Shown here one piece after another: positions 54,241 through 64,000 of a DNA stretch of 64,000 bases. The stretch comes from Octopus vulgaris. Its lineage: Eukaryota. Within the stretch, counting starts at the first letter, position 1, and every line of letters begins with the position of its first letter. The notes beneath the pieces were generated by a model. It was not told the origin of the DNA. It made no database searches and saw only the letters and a list, made by a program, of their open reading frames with translations. The DNA is taken from assembly GCA_951406725.2 (NCBI GenBank), contig OX597828.1, positions 47,244,001-47,308,000 on the forward strand, written 5' to 3'. The position numbers and the translations under genes are program-made.

Positions 54241-54600
54241 GCATATATGGGTACAGGACGACATAAAAAAATGTTGAACGCAATGACAAACAAAAACATG
54301 GAAACGAACTTATTTTTCAATCAACGAAAAAAAACAGAGTATAAGACATACAACAGAAGGAATATTCTCCCTTCTTCAGTTGTCCTTGTTTCGTCTACTC
54401 CGTGTGTTTCGAAGGCATGGAGAAGACGCGACTTCGTTGAAACAGTCCTTCCCACAAAGCAAATTAAATAAAATTTGGGATTTTTTTTTGCGAAGGGATA
54501 AAAGTGGTAACAAGAACAAGACAGTAAAAAAACACACAAAAAAAAGACAGTAAAAACAATAAAAGTAAAAACAATCGATGAGGGTTGTTAAGCCAAGACG
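54144..54600. repeat. Family F element adjoining (TA)n
   Basis: Terminus matches 3168-3285 and 57878-58037; body resembles 38370-38600. Confidence 0.6.
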
Positions 54601-54618
54601 ATGAAAAAATTATATATA

Positions 54619-55016
54619 TCTTTATATATAAAAGTAAGGTTGTGTGTCTGTCTCCACCGATTTAGATTCCTAACTACTCCCACATTTTGCGGTGTAGTTT
54701 AACCAAAACCGGGTATCTTATAGTCGTGATTCATATCGAGCCCTTCTGGGTATTAGCGCGCGTCTACGATGAGTCTACGATTTTTAAAAATAACTACCAT
54801 AATTTTTTTCCATTTTAATGCATTTTTTCACTATTATATAAGGGAAGTAACTCTCTAAAAATGTCTACGATGAGTTGACGATTTTAAAAAAAAATTACCA
54901 TCATTTTTTTTCCATTTTCAATGCATTTTTTTGCTATTTTTTGGCTATAACTCTCTAAAAATGCTTATATAGTTATTTCCCTTACAAACCCGAGCAACGC
55001 CGGGCGATACTGCTAG
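54619..55016 (+). mobile_element. Non-autonomous Helitron, complete
   Basis: A|TC 5' end, 3' hairpin cccg-agcaacgc-cggg, CTAG|T end, no TSD, internal direct duplication; second copy at 63816. Confidence 0.92.
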
Positions 55017-55147
55017 TATATATATAAATCGAAATAAATGCCGTGTGAATCATGTGCCGCGAAGTATACACTCTACATTGTTATGTATTGAACTCTCATT
55101 TGAAGTATGGTTTTCTCAGACCTGACTGTTGTGGGCATATTCTATGC

Positions 55148-55224
<77 letters not shown>

Positions 55225-55227
<3 letters not shown>

Positions 55228-55473
55228 TAATCCTTCGACTATCGCAGGTGCTATGTTCCAAAACGTCTCACAGAAATAATTAAAATCTAAAAAAAGATAA
55301 ATACCTATTGGCCGCAGAAACCCGAGTTATACTGAGGATCCTGCGATATAAATTTACAAATATTAGCCAGAAAAATCCGCAGTGTTCTAAGTGCGCGATG
55401 GGTGAACCGCGATGGGTGAACCGCGATGTACTGAGTGCACAATAGGTGAACCGCGGTATGGCTTGGGGTTACT
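55225..55473. mobile_element. pogo/Tigger-like MITE in (TA)n
   Basis: Imperfect TIRs gtaatccttcgactatcgcaggt / accgcggtatggcttggggttac; subterminal ggtgaaccgcg repeats. Confidence 0.6.
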
Positions 55474-55480
55474 ATATATA

Positions 55481-55987
55481 TGGTGGTTACCCCCCCTCGT
55501 TATCGAGTATGGCCATTGCACGAAGCTTAATCATTGTTGTTATTGGGCAATGCCTGTGCAAGAAGATTTTTTTAAAGTGAGGAAAGGCTGTGCACTGAGT
55601 CAATCCCACTCACTAAGCAACAGCAGCCATAATCCGAAAAGAACAAGTCAACATCATCGGTAACCACTGAGCCACAGGTTTTATATCGGAGTTATCCCAG
55701 TTACCTGAGTTACCTTCTCCTAGAAGGATGCCCTAACAAAGGCTAGGAGTCCTTCACTTCCAATGGTTTAACCGCGCGATCGGGTATTCAGTCCGATTAT
55801 TTCTATGTCCCCGCGCATGATACAGCCTTAAGACATTTATTGGATGGCCGTTGACCCTCAAGAGTTCCTCCGCCCTTTGACAGTTTTTGTTTTTCATCCC
55901 TCAGGGTGTCCAATAAACACCCTCCTCACCAAGCAAGCTTGGTGGGGTTGCCGGTTTAGTTGCCGACGCCCCGACCATGCAACAGGT

Positions 55988-55988
<1 letters not shown>
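55481..55988 (-). mobile_element. Non-autonomous RTE-derived (bipartite) element
   Basis: 3' end matches the RTE 3' UTR at 42871-42925; internal gcctttgttagggcatccttctaggagaaggtaactc resembles RTE 5' UTR motifs; no ORF. Confidence 0.7.
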
Positions 55989-56039
<51 letters not shown>

Positions 56040-56189
56040 CATGTCTACATACATATATACATACACACACACACACACACATAGACACACACACACAATG
56101 TTGTTGACATCACAAGAATGTAGAAACTTGGAGAACATGAAATAACTCTTTTTAGGAACAGTGGATCTCGAAGTAGATAAAGCTATAAC

Positions 56190-56308
56190 TAATCCTTTCT
56201 ATTATATGCATAAGGCCTAAAATTTTGCGGGTGGTGTTAGTCGATTGCATCGACTCCGAAGGGAGTAAAAGCAAAATCGACTTCGGTGGAATTTGAACTT
56301 AGAACGCA
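56190..56308 (-). mobile_element. SINE family B2, old partial
   Basis: B2 tail plus tcgacttcggtggaatttgaact. Confidence 0.7.
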
Positions 56309-56487
56309 GTGCTCTAAATAGTAACGAGTTGATGGTAGAACTCGTGTCATGTTTATGGGAGAAGTGGGTTCAAGACCAGCGAGTAGCATTCAATTTTTTC
56401 TATCTAAAGCATTTTCTAACCGTATTAACCCGCTTATGATTTTAGATTTATTTGCTTCGAGATTCACCGTTCCTGAAAAGAATATAT

Positions 56488-56874
56488 GGATGGAAGCACT
56501 CCGTCGGTTACGACGACGAGGGTTCCGGTTGATCCGAATCAACGGAACAGCCTGCTCGTGAAATTAACGTGTAAGTGGGTGAGCACTCCACAGACACGAG
56601 TACCCTTAACGTAGTTCTCGGGGATATTCAGCATGACACAGAGAGTGACAAGGCCGGCCCTTTGAAATACAGGTACAACAGAAACAGGAAGTAAGAGTGA
56701 GAGAAAGTTGTGGTGAAAGAGTACAGCAGGGATCACCACCACCCCTGCCGGAGCCTCGAGGAGCTTTTAGGTGTTTTCGCTCAATAAACACTCACAACGC
56801 CCGGTCTGGGAATCGAAACCGCGATCCTATGAGCGCGAGTCCGCTGCCCTAACCACTGGGCCATTGCGCCTCCA
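56488..56874 (-). mobile_element. SINE family C, tail X, 15-bp TSD
   Basis: ctgaaaagaatatat at 56473-56487 and 56875-56889. Confidence 0.95.
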
Positions 56875-56981
56875 CTGAAAAGAATATATATTCATGTACG
56901 TGCGTGCGTGCCATTTTTGCGTGTATTTATACGTATATGTATGCTTGTGTGTGTGTGTATTTGTGTGTGTCTACGTGTGTA

Positions 56982-57310
56982 GTGAAGGCGCGAATTTTAG
57001 TGGTTAGAGTACTCGGCTCACGATCGTAATATCGTGAGTTCGATACCCGGCAGCGTGTTGTGACCTTGAGCAAGACACTTTACTTCACGTTTCTCCAGTC
57101 CACTTAGCTGGCAATAATGATTACTACTTATAATTCCAAAGGACCAACTTCACCACGTTCCGTGTTACGCTCAATCTCCTTGGGGACTACGTCAAGGGTT
57201 ACACGCCTGTCTGAGGAGCACTCAGCCACCCGCACGTTAATTTCACGAGCATGCTGTTCCGGTGGTCGGATCAAATGGAACCATCGTCGTCGTACCCGAC
57301 AGGATGCCAG
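56982..57310 (+). mobile_element. SINE family D, diverged
   Basis: B box gagttcgatacc, CORE-like gaccttgagcaagacacttt, tail X. Confidence 0.85.
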
Positions 57311-57315
57311 TATAC

Positions 57316-57346
<31 letters not shown>

Positions 57347-57492
57347 TATGTGCATGCGTACGTGTGTGTGTGTTCGTGTGCGTGTGTGTGTGCGTAATAT
57401 GCCTAGTATGGAGCTCAGAAGACCGAAGACTTTAGTGCAAACGGTCTATTCACTTAGACACATATATTATATCATTATTATAAGGAAACGAT

Positions 57493-57550
<58 letters not shown>

Positions 57551-57554
<4 letters not shown>

Positions 57555-57730
57555 ATCCAAACAAGAAAACACAAAAAAAACACAGCAACGCGAGGACGTG
57601 GAACAAATGAAGTATTATTGGACGCTCAGGAAAGAAGGGAAGAAGGAGGGTTTAACGTTTCGAGCGGAGCTCTTCGTCGGAAACATAGGAGAAGGAAAGA
57701 TCCCGAGAAGGGAAGACAGAGGAAAAAAAT
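57551..57730 (-). mobile_element. Family E short element with minimal hammerhead-like motif (57650-57684)
   Basis: Copy of 35758-35929. Confidence 0.8.
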
Positions 57731-57877
57731 TGCTGGTGGTGCTCATAAATATATACATACACACACACACACACGCATATACATATATATATATATATAA
57801 TATATATATATATAAAACTTACTTGGAGAACAGAAAGGAAACGAAACGACGCGAGGGCGCTCAGTCATATAATAATT

Positions 57878-58032
57878 TAATAAGTGAAATATATGCATAC
57901 ATACATACATATATGTACGTACCTACATCTACATGTATATATACATGCATATGCATATTTATATATGCATGTATATATACATGTAGATGTAGGTACGCAC
58001 ATTTATGTATGTATGTATGCATATATTTCACT

Positions 58033-58037
<5 letters not shown>
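57878..58037. repeat. Palindrome of family F termini, about 75-bp arms
   Basis: Arms are reverse complements with 2 mismatches seen; short AT-rich centre. Confidence 0.88.
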
Positions 58038-58076
<39 letters not shown>

Positions 58077-58578
58077 TTCCCTTTACCAGGATTCCCATCA
58101 CAACCACTTCATTTAGTCCCACCCACTCTTACCCTATCTCTGTACTGAGATCTACCGTCTCTTTCTCCTTCTCCAACACTCCGCCCACATTCAGCGACGA
58201 CGACAATGGTAGGAGTTGATTTGCAACAATAGAGAGAGAGAGAGAGAGAGAGAGAAAAAAAAAGTGAGGGGGTAAGGGAAATCGAGTGAGATGTAGTAAG
58301 AGTAAATATACCTCAAGGTGGGAAGGGGGGAAAATAAAAGAAACAATTAGTAGTGTTGAGAGTTAATGTTGTAATGTTGAGATCGGTGAGGGAGCCGAGA
58401 GATTGTCTATTAACTGATTGCTGATTGGCTGATAGCCGCTGCTCCCAACATCGCATCGCTTTCCTTCTATCTGCCTCTTTCTTCCATCGCTTTCACGGTT
58501 ATGTCTCTCTCTATCAACCTATACGTAACGGTTTATCTGTGTGTGTGTGTGTGTGTGTGTGTCGCCCTCTCTTTCTAT

Positions 58579-58621
<43 letters not shown>

Positions 58622-58704
58622 TCTCTCTCTTACTCTTATGAATGGGATGCATGTATATTCGTGTGTGTGTGTATCTGCACACACACACACACACACATAC
58701 ACAC

Positions 58705-58735
<31 letters not shown>

Positions 58736-59196
58736 TCTATATGTGTGTGTGTGTGTGTGTTCATGTATATGCATGTATATGTACCTGTATATCCATGTGT
58801 TAGTGTGTGTGTGTATGTGTATGTGTGTATGTGTGTGTGTGTGTGTACGTACATATGAATATACGTATCGTTGGAGACAGAACACAACACAAAGACACGC
58901 ACACACACACACACACGAATATACACACTCACACACACTCACACGCACACATACACACGCATACACACATACACACACGCACACACAGATACACACACTC
59001 ACACATACTCACACGCACAGACACACATACACACACGCACACACACACATGCACACACGTACACACACACACATACACACACGCATACACACATACACAA
59101 ACGCACACGCACACACGCACATATCTATATACATATGTATGCTGGTGTGTTCGAGAGAGACATTAAAAGTCCGCGCAAGGGTTTCGTTTAAAGCGC

Positions 59197-59890
59197 AAAA
59201 TCCTGCAATTTTGGAAAGAGAGGAGGTTAGTCATTAACACCGATCTTAATACTTGATTGGTACTTTACTTTATCGATCCCGGGAGAAATGAAGGTAAAGT
59301 TGGTCTTGGTACGATTTGAACTCGAAATTTAAAGCGCCGGCATTGTGTCCGACGCTCAATCGTTTCTGCCAGCCGGCTACCTTAATATTCCAACCTTTTT
59401 CTAGGCGGCGAGCTGGCAGAAACGTTAGCACGCCGGGCGAAATGCGTAGCCGTATTTCGTCGGCCGTTACGTTCTGAGTTCAAATTCCGCCGAGGTCGAC
59501 TTTGCCTTTCATCCTTTCGGGATCGATAAATTAAGTACCAGTTGCACACTGGGGTCGATGTAATCGACTTAATCCCTTTGTCTGTCCTTGTTTGTCCCCT
59601 CTGTGTTTAGCCCCTTGTGGGTAGTAAAGAAATGGGTATTTCGTCTGTCTTTGCGTTCTGCGTTCAAATTCCGCTGAGATCAACTTTGCCTTTCATCCTT
59701 TCGGGGTTGCGTACTGGGGTCGATTTAATCGACTGGCACCCTCCGCCAAAAATTCGGGCCTTGTGCCTAGAGTAGAAAAGAATATTATACTATAGGCACA
59801 AGGCCTGAAATTTGGTAGCAGGGGCTAGTGGATTGGATGGACTCCAGTGCTCAGTTGATGCTTATTTCATCAACCTCGAATAAATGAATA
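59197..59890. mobile_element. SINE B cluster: old minus copy 59197-59381, full plus copy 59404-59632, headless B2 59633-59786, minus B2 tail 59787-59890
   Basis: Direct similarity to the other B copies. Confidence 0.85.
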
Positions 59891-59894
59891 TAAC

Positions 59895-60686
59895 AAAACA
59901 ACAATAAAACTTTCTTCGACAATAGGTTTCGGCGTTTGATGCAAATTGCTAGCTTCAGTTTGTTGGCCAGCAAAGCACTGTATCTTGCACTGTTGATCGC
60001 ATACCCCTTTTCCGGGTAGTCTTCCAGTAAAGGCGCTTTTGAATCCCAATAAAGGGTTAGCATCATTTTTTTCCCGCAGAAGACTGAGTCTTGAATTTCT
60101 TCGTCGCTGGCGAGCCAGGATGTTTCCACTCCATACTCCGTCTTTTGGATTCTACTTCGTAATAATGGACCCTCGTTTCTTCTCCCGTGACTTTTCGCCC
60201 TCATTATGTAGCGATTGAGTAAACGTTGGCAGACCTCTTGGGCACCCATCTTGCACAGACTTTATGGAAGCTGAGCTCATCGTGGATGTTTTGATACGCA
60301 GAACCATGACTAATGTGCAGAGAACGAGCTTCTTCATCGATGACAACTTACCGGTTCACCATTATCATCTCCGGAGCTTGCCAAATCTTCTCGTCAGTGG
60401 TGGAGGTTGACGGGTGTCTCCGTATTATGCTAAAAGCCCTTCGATGAATGTCGGCACTTGACAAACCTTCCGACCAGACAAATCGGATCACTGCTCTTTG
60501 TTCTTGTTTCGTGCACATTGCTAGTGGAACGGCCATGCTTACTCTGTAAAGCGCGACAGAAAGATGGCGAAACCAGGCTCAAACAACAGTACCGGCTATA
60601 AGCAAGCATGCGCAGAAGACAGTGTGACAATATTAATGATATGTTATGGCGAAAGTGCAGATAATTTTTGACTTTCCATCGTGTAT
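59895..60686 (-). mobile_element. mariner transposon relic (5' TIR and N-terminal to mid transposase)
   Basis: [33 protein letters not shown]...MLTLYWDSKAPLLEDYPEKGYAINSARYSALL...KRRNLLSKKVLLL; TIR-like tacacgatggaaagtcaaaaattatc; frameshifted and 3'-truncated. Confidence 0.9.
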
Positions 60687-60758
60687 ACACACACACAAAC
60701 ACACAAACACAAACACACACACAAACACACACACAAACACTCACACACTCACACACAC

Positions 60759-60804
<46 letters not shown>

Positions 60805-60816
60805 AACACTCAAACA

Positions 60817-60860
<44 letters not shown>

Positions 60861-60939
60861 CTCACACACTCACACACACACACGCATACACACACACATT
60901 GCTTTTCATGGTGGAATACGAGGTATATGCAAGAATAAA

Positions 60940-61118
60940 TTATCATTTTCAGCATAGGTACAAAGCCTGAAATATTGGTGGGTGGAGGAAATCGATTACA
61001 TCAACCGCAGGGCTCTACTGGTGATTATTTTCATCGACCCCGAAGGGATGTAAAGCAAACCCGACCTAAGCGGAATTCGAAATCAGATTGTAATGACGGA
61101 CAAAATGCCGCTAAACAT
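60940..61118 (-). mobile_element. SINE family B2, old
   Basis: Diverged match. Confidence 0.72.
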
Positions 61119-61320
61119 ATAGCGGATGAATATTGGGTTACAAACCCCTTTGGATGGAAACATTTGAAGGCTGCCCTCGATATTTTCCAAAGACATTTTT
61201 CTTGCCCAATATCTACTCTGTGGAGGCGGGTGTTAAATTGTGGTTCCGGTTCGTGGACCAAGCAAAGGGCTTCATTTCACGTTGCTCCAATCGACTCAGC
61301 TGTAGAAATAAGTACCATTA

Positions 61321-61990
61321 GTGGAGGTGCGTCACTTAGTTGTTAAGGTGTTGGATTCAGGACTGTAAGATTGTGACTTCGACCTCTGGACCGGACGATC
61401 TCTCTTTACTCTCTTTTACTCTTTTACTTGTTTCAGTTATTTGACTGCGGCCATGCTGGAGCACCGCCTTTAATCGAGCAAATCGACCCCGGGACTTATT
61501 CTTTTTGTAAGCCCAGTACTTATTCTATCGGTCTATTTTGTCGAATCGCTAAGTAACGGGGACGTAAACACACCAGCATCGATTGTCAAGCAATGCTAGG
61601 GGGACAAACACAGACACACAAACAAACACACATACATATATATATACATAAATACGACAGGCTTCTTTCAGTTTCCGTCTACCAAATCCACTCACAAGGC
61701 ATTGGGCGGCCCGGGGCTATAGCAGAAGACACTTGCCCAAGATGCCACGCAGTGGGACTGAACCCGGAACCATGTGGTTGGTTAGCAAGCTACTTACCAC
61801 ACAGCCACTCCTGCGCCTGTTGTATTCTTTAGCAAAAGCACTTCACTTCAGCTCCAGTCCATTCACTTGTAGAAATGAGTTTAGCCTGGAAAGGGATGGG
61901 TTCCGCCAGTCTTTCTCGTCCAACATAAGCTGCATGGCTACAGCACCCCCAACGGTCACCAAGGGGTTTAAGGGACTTGTCATTGCCTTC
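61321..61990 (+). mobile_element. Old SINE D-like copy split by SINE A (head 61321-61402, body from 61819)
   Basis: tRNA-like head resumes as gttgtattctttagcaaaagcacttcac...ctccagtccattca after the A copy. Confidence 0.65.
61403..61818 (-). mobile_element. SINE family A, full length, nested
   Basis: Full match; no TSD visible. Confidence 0.94.
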
Positions 61991-62214
61991 TAATCCGTCT
62001 TCCACTCTGTTAAAAACGATTTAGCTCATCTCTCGAAGACTCTTAAATTCTCATAACGTGCACAACAACACAATTATTGCTGGCAAGAACAAAGCTTCTA
62101 AAATTGATTTGGTATGATGGTAGAACGTCTGTCATGCTTGAAAAATATCTACGTTCGCGTCCCACGAGCCGCTTTCGAACTTCATCTTTTTTTTTTATTC
62201 AAGATGTATTGCAT

Positions 62215-62380
62215 AGGCGCAGGAGTGGCTGTGTGGTAAGTAGCTTGTTTACCAACCACATGGTTCCGGGTTCAGCCCCACTGCATGGCACCTTGGGCAA
62301 GTGTCTTCTACTATAGCCTCGGGCCGACCAAAGCCTTGTGAGTGGATTTGGTAGACGGAAACTGAAAGAAGCCCGTCGTA

Positions 62381-62422
<42 letters not shown>

Positions 62423-62635
62423 TGTATGTGTCTGTGTTTGTCCCCCTAGCATTGCTTGACAACCGATGCTGGTGTGTTTACGTCCCCGTCACTTAGCGGT
62501 TCGGCAAAAGAGACCGATAGAATAAGTACTGGGCTTACAAAAGAATAAGTCCCGGGGTTGAGTTGCTCGATTAAAGGCGGTGCTCCAGCATGGCCGCAGT
62601 CAAATGACTGAAACAAGTAAAAGAGTAAAAGAGTA
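62215..62635 (+). mobile_element. SINE family A, full length
   Basis: aggcgcaggagtggctgtgtgg...ccttgggcaagtgtc...gaaacaagtaaaagagtaaaagagt. Confidence 0.95.
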
Positions 62636-62746
62636 ACTGAATATTTATACGTTTTTTCTGTTGGCTTTATTTCGAGTTTCACTTTTAAAAATGGTTATTT
62701 TTCATAACTCCCGAAGTCTTTTATTTCTAATGATGTCAACAATGTG

Positions 62747-62785
<39 letters not shown>

Positions 62786-63031
62786 ACACACACACACACA
62801 CTTATGCATAATATATATTAAATACACCATATTTAATATATACATTATATAGACATAATTTACACATGATACAGAAACACACACAGATTTATACATACAT
62901 ACATACATACATACATACATACATACATACATTCATACATACATAGATATACACACTATTCTAAGTTCATTAAACAAACTGCATCAATTTGTACTATATA
63001 AAAAATAGCACAATAATTAATATATACAAAT

Positions 63032-63089
63032 TAAATACACGACATTCATTAACATATATATATATATGTTAATGAATGTCGTGTATTTA
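63032..63089. repeat. Perfect 58-bp palindrome centred on (AT)7
   Basis: taaatacacgacattcattaac-(at)7-gttaatgaatgtcgtgtattta. Confidence 0.95.
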
Positions 63090-63131
63090 TATATAGATGA
63101 AACACTATACTAGACAAACAGACAGACATAA

Positions 63132-63162
<31 letters not shown>

Positions 63163-63815
63163 TAGATAGGTAGATAGATAGATAGATAGAAATATATATA
63201 GAGAGAGAGATGCATGTATACATACATATACGTGTGAGTGCTACATATATGCCCGTGTGTATGGGAGTGTACCAATTAAATACATAACACTAATAAATAT
63301 GCGAAAATTTAAAATATCGAATTGATTAATGCATATATAATAAATACATATATAATAAATGCATCAAATATATAATAAATATATATATATATAATAAATA
63401 CATCAATTATATAATAAATACATACATAATATATACATCACGAATTAATTAATACATATATGATAAATACATCGCCAATTAAAATTATATAATCAACAAT
63501 ATCAATTAATTAATTATTTGTGTTTGTATACGCGTTTAATCAGAGGTCACGCCTGATGAAATTGTCCTATGTGGAAAGCCGTCTATGATATGTCCCTAAT
63601 CATACATTTTTTGATGTATCCTTCACTGGAAGTAACTTCAAAGAAAGGGGTTGCAATATCTAGCAGGGCAAGCGATCGTCTAGACTAGTTCTTAATTAGA
63701 GTTTATGTGACCCTTAAGGGTCCATATGTTGCAAAAATTTCTGTGCAATAAATTGATTATACTCGAACAATACACAAAATATTTTAACAAGCTGTTACTA
63801 CAATTCCAAATAATA

Positions 63816-64000
63816 TCTTTATATATAAAAGTGAAGTTGTGTGTCTGTCTCCTACGATTTAGATTCCTAACTACTCCCACATTTTGCGGTGCAGTTTAAC
63901 CAAAAGCGGGTATCTTATAGTCGTCATTCATATCGAGCCCTTCTGGGTATTAGCGCGCGTCTACGATGAGTCTACGATTTAAAAAAAAATTTACCATAAT
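63816..64000 (+). mobile_element. Non-autonomous Helitron, 5' part (runs off window)
   Basis: Near-identical to the first ~185 bp of 54619-55016. Confidence 0.92.

Noticed and set aside
59851-60536. Host SETMAR-like gene
   Set aside because: Frameshifted, truncated mariner transposase with a TIR and no SET domain.
63553-63585. CTGATGA...GAAA...GTC hammerhead-like words
   Set aside because: No helix II or helix I pairing; lies in an old family H copy.

Overview
Eukaryotic, AT-rich, gene-poor window saturated with microsatellites and interspersed repeats. The repeat landscape (tRNA-headed SINEs with CORE-like and Meta-like bodies, very high (TA)n/(CA)n/(AAT)n load) is most consistent with an octopod cephalopod such as Octopus; this is inference, not a database result. 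I found no credible host protein-coding exon: nearly all listed ORFs are translations of simple repeats. Recognisable content is four SINE families (labelled A-D here, about 40 copies or fragments), decayed LINE fragments (CR1-group, L1/Tx1-like, R4/Dong-like, two RTE, a Penelope GIY-YIG), maT- and mariner-type transposase relics, non-autonomous Helitrons, a pogo/Tigger-like MITE and a 25-copy 30-bp minisatellite. The most notable signal is a dispersed set of hammerhead-ribozyme motifs. One is a near-canonical type I hammerhead at 44490-44538. Several are minimal motifs with palindromic helix III, mostly in short elements beside (TA)n tracts. One type III-like core sits at the apex of a ~300-bp fold-back. 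Second, the SINEs form a modular head/body/tail system, and likely partner LINE 3' ends for three non-autonomous families lie in the same window. All coordinates and alignments were read by eye; element ends may be off by a few bases, and more for old relics.
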